Positions 1 through 7,488 of a DNA stretch of 17,664 bases are shown here, piece by piece. The notes beneath the pieces were generated by a model, which was given only the letters and a program-made list of their open reading frames with translations, had not been told where the DNA came from and did no database searches. How positions within the stretch are numbered: position 1 is the first letter of the stretch; each line of letters opens with the position of its first letter. Position numbers and translations under genes: made by a program. The DNA is from Candidatus Sigynarchaeum calidifontis (lineage in GTDB: Archaea > Asgardarchaeota > Lokiarchaeia > Sigyniarchaeales > Sigyniarchaeaceae). The DNA lies in NCBI GenBank assembly GCA_030587475.2, contig JAUQYZ020000148.1:1-17664 (forward strand). Direction: 5' to 3'.

Positions 1-360
1 GATGGGGCACGCCAGGTTGCACCGGTTCGTGACATCGATCAAGGCAATGCACGGTGATGACTTGTGCGACGCGCACATCCCGCACTCGTGGGGGCAATTC
101 GTGCCCGGGCGTTCCGCGTGTGCCTTGTTCTCGATCGTGCAGAAATCGTGGTAGTATTGCTGGTTGCGCTCGTATTCGGGGGGATCACGGCTGATGATGT
201 CTTCGAAAAAGCCATGTTCCGAGCATTTCTTGCGCATCAGCACGGCATCCTTCCCTTCGAGCACGTCGACTATTATAGTTGCATCGATCTGCTTCAAGCA
301 CTCGGGACAGACTGATTTGGTTCGCCGGTAGAGTTTCTTTCCTTCCAAGTTGGGTTCCAT
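1..360 (-). CDS. tes: Radical SAM enzyme of the tetraether lipid synthase (Tes/GDGT-MAS, MJ0619) family; 5' part only, runs off the window edge
   Basis: Manual translation from the ATG at 360: MEPNLEGKKLYRRTKSVCPECLKQIDATIIVDVLEGKDAVLMRKKCSEHGFFEDIISRDPPEYERNQQYYHDFCTIENKAHAERPGTNCPHECGMCASHKSSPCIALIDVTNRCNLACPI. It has CxxC...CxxH (rubredoxin-like site), CPxxCGxCxxH (auxiliary cluster) and IDVTNRCNLxCPI (start of the CxxxCxxC motif), the MJ0619-family N-terminal layout. Confidence 0.85.
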   Translation of the reverse strand, partial: MEPNLEGKKLYRRTKSVCPECLKQIDATIIVDVLEGKDAVLMRKKCSEHGFFEDIISRDPPEYERNQQYYHDFCTIENKAHAERPGTNCPHECGMCASHKSSPCIALIDVTNRCNLACPI

Positions 361-385
361 GGTTTTCCTTCCTTGTCGAATTGTA

Positions 386-450
386 ATGTTAATAAGAACC
401 TTCCAGAATGCTAGTAACGCGGTGGAAGTCTTTCCAAGCTTTATATATAG
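386..450. promoter_or_regulatory. Candidate TATA elements in the divergent tes/adk intergenic region
   Basis: Minus-strand TTATTAA about 30 nt upstream of the tes ATG; TTTATATATAG at 440-450. Confidence 0.4.
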
Positions 451-660
451 ATGGCGAGTCAGATTTTAAGCCTTGCTTTTCAATCGATTTCGTGCATCCA
501 ATTGTCTAGGCGTCCGCGAGACCGTGGGTTCTAATGGAACCCTCGTCACCAAGAAGGGAATGTATGCGAAGATTCCACCACCCAGGCAACGAATGGATCA
601 ACCATGCCATCGACAGCGCGAGCAAGAACCTTTTTGTGTTCCCGTGACTGCTTGAGACAT

Positions 661-1305
661 ATGGTGAACATCGTCTTGTTCGGCCCGCCTGGTGCAGGCA
701 AGGGAACCCTCGCAGATATCATCAAGAAACATAGCAAGATCGTCCACATCAGCACCGGCGATCTTTTCCGGGAAAACGTGAAGAATAACACGCCGATCGG
801 CAAGGAGGCAAAAAAATACATGGATGCAGGGAAGCTCGTTCCGGATTCCATCGTCATCGACATGGTGAAAGACCGGCTTGCCAAGGATGACGTGAAAAAG
901 AACGGGTTCATGCTCGATGGCTTCCCGCGAACCCTCGATCAAGCCAAGGCGCTCGATGCCGTGACCAAGCTCGACGTGGTCATCGTCCTCGACATCGACA
1001 AGAAATCGCTGCGGGAGCGGATCCTCGGCCGGTATAACTGCCCGAAGTGCAACCGCATTTATAATATCTTCAATGACAAGTTAAAGCCCAAGGTGGAGGG
1101 ACAATGCGATGCATGCAAGGTCAAGCTCGAGCACCGCGCCGACGACAACGAGGAAACGTTCGAAAAGCGGTGGAAAGCCTACGAGGATCAGTCGACGGAC
1201 GCGTTGAAGTATTACAACGCACGAGAGGGGCTGGTAAAACACGTCGACAGCAACAAGATACTGGGCTTCACTGAAAACGATGTCAAGACCTTGTTAAAGA
1301 AATAA
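661..1305 (+). CDS. adk: Adenylate kinase (long Zn-LID type)
   Basis: P-loop GPPGAGKGT, HISTGDLFR, GFMLDGFPRT, LID CPKC...CDAC, RADDNEET. The ATG at 661 fits the family N-terminus better than the ORF-track start at 604. Confidence 0.96.
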   Translation: MVNIVLFGPPGAGKGTLADIIKKHSKIVHISTGDLFRENVKNNTPIGKEAKKYMDAGKLVPDSIVIDMVKDRLAKDDVKKNGFMLDGFPRTLDQAKALDAVTKLDVVIVLDIDKKSLRERILGRYNCPKCNRIYNIFNDKLKPKVEGQCDACKVKLEHRADDNEETFEKRWKAYEDQSTDALKYYNAREGLVKHVDSNKILGFTENDVKTLLKK

Positions 1306-1325
1306 AAAACATTTACACCTCCTAA

Positions 1326-1345
1326 TCTCCTTTTTTTCCTTTGGT
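1326..1345 (+). terminator. Archaeal-type oligo-T terminator after adk
   Basis: CTCCTTTTTTTTCCTTT about 25 nt after the adk stop, between convergent genes. Confidence 0.5.
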
Positions 1346-1359
1346 TAATGGGCGAGACA

Positions 1360-1923
1360 TTATTTGATCAAGATCACGGGGCTATCCACTTCAGGGGGTA
1401 TGTTTCCACGCGTTGGTATAAGCAAGCAGACCGCAAGCATGATGCCGATTATCAAGATCACGTCGGTGTCCCTTGCTTGCCCCGCAACATGGATGCTCAT
1501 CTCCCTTGAATCCTTCTCGATCTCGGCGATTCGAATGTCGTTCTTATTAATAATCAGGCGCCTTGGAAAACATTCAGCGACGACACGGAAAACGTCCGAG
1601 CCTGTCGGGCTCGTATATTCGTAGACGTGATCAAACCCGCTGGCCTTTTGATCGATGATGCCATATATGGCGAGGCCGCTTTTTGTACCATCTATGGCTC
1701 GCCTCGGTACAAGAAGGCGGGCATGACGGGTCTTGCTTTTCACGCTCTCGAGGACGAGTGCTATCTCGTCGCGTGAGTTTAGCACGATGATCGTTGATCC
1801 CCCACTCGTGTGCTTCAGCAAGGCTCGACCCGCCCGCATGCCTGCGCTGTTCTCCAGTACAAACCCTCCAGAATGTGCATCGTATCTGCACTTGAATGAC
1901 CAGCTTTTTTCCATGACCACCAT
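1360..1923 (-). CDS. Hypothetical protein, probable tubby-C/LURP-one/scramblase-like beta-barrel
   Basis: Short beta-strand pattern (GFVLENSAGMRAGR; RLIINKNDIRIAEIEK) ending in a hydrophobic helix (DVILIIGIMLAVCLL). Start placed at the ATG at 1923 after GAAGGTGGA; 1914, 1956 or 2022 are also possible. Confidence 0.6.
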   Translation of the reverse strand: MVVMEKSWSFKCRYDAHSGGFVLENSAGMRAGRALLKHTSGGSTIIVLNSRDEIALVLESVKSKTRHARLLVPRRAIDGTKSGLAIYGIIDQKASGFDHVYEYTSPTGSDVFRVVAECFPRRLIINKNDIRIAEIEKDSREMSIHVAGQARDTDVILIIGIMLAVCLLIPTRGNIPPEVDSPVILIK

Positions 1924-2042
1924 TTCCACCTTCTGTGCATCTCGTCTCTCTATCATGACTTTATCCAACCCGATGATCGTGAACCATCGATCGCGGCAGC
2001 AAAGCCCCCCTTTTGCATCCATGTACTCGCGGGAGCAAGCCT

Positions 2043-2603
2043 CTACACCTGTATGATGGTGGGGAGTTTCATATCACCCCGGAGAGCGCTAGCAAGCTCG
2101 GCTTGGAGGGACGTGGCAACCCCTATACCTATCACGATCGCCTTGTCCACGGGCAACAAGGGCGAATTCATCGTGATCTCGAGATATTTTCCCGTCTTCA
2201 CGAAGCTTGCGATCTCTACGCCCTTTCGTCGAACGACAAACGACCGTGAAAGCGCGGAACCGATTATCACGAATACATCTTGATCGGTAACCGGTTGAAA
2301 CACGAATTTATTGTCTCGCCTGCCGGTCGACCGAGCAAGCCTGCCCAGCAATCGAAACTTGCCTCTATTATCGACGATGTTACCTACAGGTACCAGGAAT
2401 GCCACAGAATCCGCCATGTCATTATAAGCCTCGAGTAAAACGGTGACCTCGTGAGACGCGTCGACAATATAGATGTCCAAACCATCGGGAGTCTGATTGC
2501 AGATGATACTTCCCACGTGTCCACCGCTCTTGGATGTTATCACGTAAGCCCTATCGAGCCGGCTGTGCTTGATCACGAGGGTTTCCCACGGGACGCTTCC
2601 CAT
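2043..2603 (-). CDS. Hypothetical protein, probable paralog of the adjacent gene (tubby-C/LURP-one/scramblase-like)
   Basis: Same size and layout as its neighbour: AYVITSKSGGHVGSI, SFVVRRKGVEIASFVK and a C-terminal helix KAIVIGIGVATSL. AGGAGG lies upstream of the ATG at 2603. Confidence 0.6.
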   Translation of the reverse strand: MGSVPWETLVIKHSRLDRAYVITSKSGGHVGSIICNQTPDGLDIYIVDASHEVTVLLEAYNDMADSVAFLVPVGNIVDNRGKFRLLGRLARSTGRRDNKFVFQPVTDQDVFVIIGSALSRSFVVRRKGVEIASFVKTGKYLEITMNSPLLPVDKAIVIGIGVATSLQAELASALRGDMKLPTIIQV

Positions 2604-2726
2604 GCCGCCTTGCCTCCTTCTTTGAATTTGCATCTGTGATTGTGAGACAATTTTTGCGGGATGGGGATCACGCCAACAATTTTGATGCTCTACATAGTCC
2701 TATAGACCGGTGCAAGCGCGCCCGGT

Positions 2727-3662
2727 TTACCCGTCACGGCCATCATTCTTGGCGGGGACAGATTTCTCCACATCTTCTAGGTTCTTGACGGATCTTTTGT
2801 AGAGGTCGGGCAATTTCAATGGCTCTGTAAAGCCATTTCGCTCGAACACCTTCCAAGCCTCGAGTTTTGCGACCGCATCGATCTCCGCATCGCTCATTAT
2901 CCTTCCAGGCTTCACGCCCGAAGCAAACAAGTTCGGATTTTCTTGTACCTGCTGCACCCAGCGGCGCAAGGATCCCCCGATGGCAGCCCAGTTCAAGAAG
3001 TGGGAGAAGAGATGCTTGATCTGGGACTGGTCCTTGAAGAGACCATCGAATGGCGGGTTGAACGCGGCTAACTCGGAGTTGCCGTCGAACCGCCCGGCCC
3101 GCGTTCGCTCGTTCTCGGGAACGAGCGCGTCGCCGGGGAGGCTGGTCGTGTCGCCTGCCGTGAAGATTGGCGACTCGTACCCGGTTGGACCGACGTATGT
3201 CCGCTCGTATTCGTCGATCTTGGACGCGTTCACCTTTTTCTCCCTTAAAAATCGGCTTTTACGGCGATAGCTCGTTAATTGCTTGTTGTGTCGCCTTGGC
3301 TTGAACACGGAGGGGCTGGCATGCTCATCATCGTCGAATTTACTGGCCGGGATGCCTACAAACGACTTGCGCTCGCCACCGAGGTAGACCCCGCAATGCG
3401 GGCAAGCCATCCCGACCCGGATGCCACGCGGCAGCACCTTGTGACACGCGCCGCAAGTCCTCGTCGACCATGCTCGTCCGTGAATGCCGCCTATACTGCC
3501 ATCGTTGCATGCCAGCATCCCGATGATGATGCCCGCGATGATCCCGTAGTAAACGAGATCGTCGAAGAGGATCATGGGATTCAAGAACGAAAGGCCAAGA
3601 AGCGCAATGGCGAGCACCGAACCGATGATCACCAGCGTTCTCTTGGCGGGATCCATGTGCAT
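2727..3662 (-). CDS. Membrane protein: 2 N-terminal TM helices, a zinc ribbon and an unknown C-terminal helical domain
   Basis: Hydrophobic segments LVIIGSVLAIALLGLSFL and LVYYGIIAGIIIGMLA; CGAC-x13-CPHC; minus-strand TTTAAATA about 55 nt upstream. Confidence 0.7.
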   Translation of the reverse strand: MHMDPAKRTLVIIGSVLAIALLGLSFLNPMILFDDLVYYGIIAGIIIGMLACNDGSIGGIHGRAWSTRTCGACHKVLPRGIRVGMACPHCGVYLGGERKSFVGIPASKFDDDEHASPSVFKPRRHNKQLTSYRRKSRFLREKKVNASKIDEYERTYVGPTGYESPIFTAGDTTSLPGDALVPENERTRAGRFDGNSELAAFNPPFDGLFKDQSQIKHLFSHFLNWAAIGGSLRRWVQQVQENPNLFASGVKPGRIMSDAEIDAVAKLEAWKVFERNGFTEPLKLPDLYKRSVKNLEDVEKSVPAKNDGRDG

Positions 3663-4177
3663 CCATCACTACCTGCTTAAAGCATCCAGACTGCTATCAA
3701 TTTGTTCCAGCCATATATTTAAAAGGATTCCATCCGGCATCGGCTCGCCACGTGCAAGGCTTTAACAAGATTAATCGGGCATGAAACAGCGGACCCCGTC
3801 ATCGTTTGGGGCTTAAATATCGCGGGACTTCGTCGTCCGTGAACGATATGGTTATTGGATCACGAAATTGACAAGAAAATGCGATGGTTGAAAACTGATC
3901 AAATCAAGGGATAAAGCCCTCTCATTTTAGCATTTAAAAACCACGTTTCATCATTATTTGGTGATAATTATTTCATCCATCCAAGTTCGGAATCAATAGA
4001 AATCGGGAGAGGCGTGGTGATGCCTTTAATGAACAAGTTAGAGCAAATCTAAACAGCATTATTTTGGAAGTCGAGTCTAAAGAAAAACTAAATAGCTCCA
4101 CGTGGTTCTGATCAGTAGAGATTGCCGGGAGAACCGCACGATTCATTCCCTGGTTCCCCCTATCCTGGCGGATAATC

Positions 4178-5944
4178 ATGAGCGACGAAAAGAAACCAGC
4201 TACAATGTTTGAATTAATGCAGATGTCGCAAAGAAAGCAAGAAGCCGAAAAGGACAAGAAAAAAAAGGAAAAGGACAAGGAAAAAGACAAGGATAAAGAC
4301 AAGGGCAAGGAAAAAGATAAGGATCTGCAAGAGGGGCGAGAATTGGATGAAAAGCTCTTCGGTAAACCTCCGGCCACGGCGCCGGGTCAAGCGAAGCCCG
4401 CCGCTGGCCCGAGTTCACAAGATCTATTTGCATTGCTCGAGCAGACCGATAAAGAGGCGAAGGCAGCACTTAAAGCTCAGCTTTTCGACGCGATCGAGAG
4501 CATGGCGAAAGCCTATGCCGAAATTCCCATAAAAGGCATTTCCAAGCGCATCGGGGAGCAGAGCGAGGAGGCCGTTCTCGCCGTGCTCGAAGAGATGATC
4601 ATCAGCGGTGCGATCAAGGCACGGCTCGCCCCGGATCGGATCCTCCCCGCGGAAGGTTCGAGCAAGATCCTGGTCGACCGGGGTAGCGTGCAAGTGGAAT
4701 CCGCTCCAAAGCCCGCGCCGGCAGCACCTGCCGACAAAGGCACGCATGTCTCTCCCTCGGTGCCTGCGACCAAGCCGGTGCCCCCTGAAATACCCCGGAT
4801 AAGTAAAGCACCGGAATCACCCGTGATTCCCGCCCCGTCACTGGAAATACCACCTTCTCTATCAATCCCCTCGCAACCTCCAACCCCAATTCCTTCCCGG
4901 GTGACAGCACCGCCAGCGCCCTCCATACCGACGATCGAGCCTCCCCCGTCGATTTCATTGGAAACCGAGGTGCCCCCGAGCACATCCACGGTCAAGCCAG
5001 CTCCAGCCATTCCCGCCGCGGAGGAAATACCCGATTTTCCCAATCCCGATGCGGTGGAAGCTCCCCCGGATGCGATCCCGGTCCCTGTTCCAGTTCCAGC
5101 ACCCATCACTGAACCGGCTCCTGCTCCAATCCAGGCATCCGTGGTATCTAAGCCCGTCCCTCCAACACCAAGGCCGATGGGGGCACTCAAGCCCTTGGGA
5201 AAAATGCCAGCACCCAATCCTGCTAAACCGGGAGTGATGAAACCCGTTCCGGCGGCGCCGTCCATTCCCGTGGCCCCTGCAGCACCGTCCATTCCCGCGG
5301 CCCCTGCGGCGCCCGTCGTTCCCGCGGTACCGGCTATCCCAACTGCAGCGCAATCCCCTCATACAGGGGTGATGAAGTCAGTACCGCCCACGATCCCGCC
5401 GCGCGCTTCTCCTGCTGCGCAACCGGCACAGAACAAGCTCGCGGCAGTTCCACGGCCCCCGACAGTTCCACCATCGATGGCAAATCCGACGGCTACAGCT
5501 CAGGCAGTGCCATCCCCGCCTAGAGCGCCTGTTGTCCAAGCCGCTCCCCAGGTGCCGATGGTCACCAAGCCGGTAATGAAACAACCTCCTGTTCAAAAAC
5601 CCGTGGTCCCCGCAGCTACAGCAGTGCCATTCGCCCCGCAAGTACCGAGTGTTCCACGTCCTGCCCCGGCACAAGTTCGCCCCGTGTCTAAGGAAGAACA
5701 AGCCGCGATGTTCGAGCAAAAGGTGCATCAGCTGCTCGCCGATCGACCCACAGAACTGAAGCTGGTCTATAAATTATTTGAAAACCCGAAGCTTGCGCTG
5801 CTTGGCTTTGACGAGGACTGGATCGCGGGAGTTATGGGCATCTCGACCGAACAAGCTGTCGAGCTTATCAAGAACCTCCGGGCGCTCAACATCGTGAAGT
5901 TGAGCTCCACCGGCCTCAACTTCGTTATCAATACCAACCTCTAA
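4178..5944 (+). CDS. Large low-complexity protein: K/D/E tract, PCI-like winged helix, long Pro/Ala-rich linker, C-terminal winged helix
   Basis: 588-aa ORF. Residues ~100-157 (AIESMAKAYAEIPIKGISKRIGEQSEEAVLAVLEEMIISGAIKARL) match the PCI winged-helix pattern. The C-terminus (DWIAGVMGISTEQAVELIKNLRALNIVKL) is wHTH-like. A T-rich tract follows the stop. Confidence 0.8.
   Translation: MSDEKKPATMFELMQMSQRKQEAEKDKKKKEKDKEKDKDKDKGKEKDKDLQEGRELDEKLFGKPPATAPGQAKPAAGPSSQDLFALLEQTDKEAKAALKAQLFDAIESMAKAYAEIPIKGISKRIGEQSEEAVLAVLEEMIISGAIKARLAPDRILPAEGSSKILVDRGSVQVESAPKPAPAAPADKGTHVSPSVPATKPVPPEIPRISKAPESPVIPAPSLEIPPSLSIPSQPPTPIPSRVTAPPAPSIPTIEPPPSISLETEVPPSTSTVKPAPAIPAAEEIPDFPNPDAVEAPPDAIPVPVPVPAPITEPAPAPIQASVVSKPVPPTPRPMGALKPLGKMPAPNPAKPGVMKPVPAAPSIPVAPAAPSIPAAPAAPVVPAVPAIPTAAQSPHTGVMKSVPPTIPPRASPAAQPAQNKLAAVPRPPTVPPSMANPTATAQAVPSPPRAPVVQAAPQVPMVTKPVMKQPPVQKPVVPAATAVPFAPQVPSVPRPAPAQVRPVSKEEQAAMFEQKVHQLLADRPTELKLVYKLFENPKLALLGFDEDWIAGVMGISTEQAVELIKNLRALNIVKLSSTGLNFVINTNL
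4250..4324 (+). repeat. Degenerate 6-nt coding repeat encoding Lys-Asp/Lys-Glu
   Basis: AAGGAC/AAGGAA/AAAGAC/AAGGAT units encode KDKKKKEKDKEKDKDKDKGKEKDKD. Confidence 0.7.
5252..5332 (+). repeat. Three imperfect 27-nt tandem coding repeats
   Basis: AAPSIPVAP / AAPSIPAAP / AAPVVPAVP at 5252-5278, 5279-5305 and 5306-5332. Confidence 0.75.
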
Positions 5945-5945
5945 C

Positions 5946-5978
5946 CTTTCTTTTTCTTCTCGTTTACTCGCGTTTTTT
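5946..5978 (+). terminator. Possible pyrimidine/T-rich terminator
   Basis: CCTTTCTTTTTCTTCTCGTTTACTCGCGTTTTTT immediately after the stop at 5944. Confidence 0.4.
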
Positions 5979-6051
5979 GAACCATCCGCATTCCAATCTT
6001 AAAGACAGAATCATTATTCCTCGTCAAAGAACATGATGGACTTGACGATCC

Positions 6052-7488
6052 TTGTCGGAAAAGAAATTGGACTTGAGCCGGCCAACAGGCACGCGGGATT
6101 TCCTCCCCGCTGACCTTCGTAAACACCGGAAGGTCGAGCGAATCGTGCGTGAGTCCCTTGAAGCGTTCGGATTCGAGGAGATCATGACGCCCACGTTTGA
6201 ATTCTTCGATCTCTTTCTCGTGAAGTCGGGCGAGAAATTCCGCGAGGACACCTTCACGTTCAAGGCTCCAAAGGCACAGCTGGAGCTAAATAACAAGGAA
6301 TTGCCACCCGAGGATGCGCGCACCTTCGTGCTACGTCCCGAGTTCACCGCGCCGGTCTGCCGGTTTTACATCCAGAGTGACTTGAACTCGTTTCCAAAGC
6401 CTCTCAAGATATATTACGTCGGCCCCGTGTTCCGGTATGATAAGCCCGCCCCTGGCCGCTATCGAGAATTTTACCAGTTCGGTGTCGAAGTGTTCGGCAT
6501 TCCTGGAGCCATTGCGGACGCGGAGATCATGTACGTGGCGGCGAGCATCGTGCAAAAGCTCGGCATAAAGGATTACATTCTCCGAATGAATGACCTTAAC
6601 ATCCTTCGCGAATTGTTGTACGAGAATGCGATAAAGGAGGACGTGCAAGACAAGGTCATTGGCCTCATGGACAAGGCTAATGGCGATAGGATCAAGTACA
6701 AGATGGGCTTGCTCGATGACACGACGCAAGAGGCCATCGATGCAGCATTCACGGATGCCTTGAGCTGTCTAGGACTAGGGCAATCGCTGGTCTCGACGCT
6801 CGAGCAGTTCCTCGGCTTGAACGGTTCCTTCAAGGACGACGTGCTTTCACGTGCACGGCAAGTACTCGCGGCTTACCCCAAGGCGCTCCAGGCACTTGAA
6901 TCAAGTACACTTCTCCGTGCCGAGCAATTGCTCGATGCCGGGGGGATCAAGAGCCGTGTCGTGGACCTCTCCCTCGCACGCGGGCTCGATTATTACACGG
7001 GCCTCGTGTTCGAGATCGACTCGCCCTCGCTCGGCAAGCAGAAGCAGATCTGCGGCGGCGGTCGGTACGACCGGCTCATACGCGATTTTGGTGGTGATGA
7101 CACGCCCGCGACCGGGTTCGCGTTCGGCCTCGACCGGCTCGTCCTCGCTGCGGAAAATAACGGTGCCTTGAAGATGGAAACCACGTCCAGGGCAGATGTG
7201 TTCCTTTTTGCCTTCACGCCTGAACTCGTGTTGGAAGCGTTCAAGTTGCAAGCCAAGCTCATTGAAAACGGCATCAAGGTCGAGCTCAGCATCACGGATT
7301 GGAACGTGAAGCGTGCTCTCCAATGTGCTTCCAAGCTCGCCTTCCCCTTCGCTATATTGCTCGGGGAGAAGGAATGGAAAGAAGGTAAAGTCGCTCTAAA
7401 GAATTTAATATCCACGAAACAAGAAGTCGTGACGTTGGATCAAGCTATATCGATCGTGAAAAGGACCCTTGCGTCCACCACGAAGTGA
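6052..7488 (+). CDS. hisS: Histidine--tRNA ligase
   Basis: PTGTRDFLP, motif 1 (GFEEIMTPTFE), LRPEFT, motif 2 (FRYDKPAPGRYREFYQFGVE), LARGLDYYTG, GGGRYD, motif 3 (GFAFGLDRL) and a C-terminal anticodon-binding domain. TTG start, with an in-frame stop at 6043-6045 just upstream. Confidence 0.95.
   Translation: MSEKKLDLSRPTGTRDFLPADLRKHRKVERIVRESLEAFGFEEIMTPTFEFFDLFLVKSGEKFREDTFTFKAPKAQLELNNKELPPEDARTFVLRPEFTAPVCRFYIQSDLNSFPKPLKIYYVGPVFRYDKPAPGRYREFYQFGVEVFGIPGAIADAEIMYVAASIVQKLGIKDYILRMNDLNILRELLYENAIKEDVQDKVIGLMDKANGDRIKYKMGLLDDTTQEAIDAAFTDALSCLGLGQSLVSTLEQFLGLNGSFKDDVLSRARQVLAAYPKALQALESSTLLRAEQLLDAGGIKSRVVDLSLARGLDYYTGLVFEIDSPSLGKQKQICGGGRYDRLIRDFGGDDTPATGFAFGLDRLVLAAENNGALKMETTSRADVFLFAFTPELVLEAFKLQAKLIENGIKVELSITDWNVKRALQCASKLAFPFAILLGEKEWKEGKVALKNLISTKQEVVTLDQAISIVKRTLASTTK

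Noticed and set aside
64-315. 83-aa plus-strand ORF
   Set aside because: Antisense shadow of the tes-family gene, which carries clear motifs.
526-542. Hairpin GGGTTC-TAATG-GAACCC as part of a tRNA or ncRNA
   Set aside because: An isolated 6-bp stem with no cloverleaf, T-loop or box C/D motifs around it.
604-660. 19-aa N-terminal extension of Adk in the ORF track
   Set aside because: Homology begins at the ATG at 661, and the extension covers a promoter-like T run.
3973-5292. Minus-strand ORFs 3973-4377 and 4513-5292 (SLSF- and GAG-rich)
   Set aside because: Antisense read-outs of the low-complexity Lys/Asp and Pro/Ala codons of the 588-aa gene.
6052-7488. HisZ (ATP-PRT regulatory subunit) rather than HisS
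   Set aside because: The His-binding motifs (RGLDYY, GGRYD) and a full anticodon-binding domain are present; HisZ typically lacks that domain.
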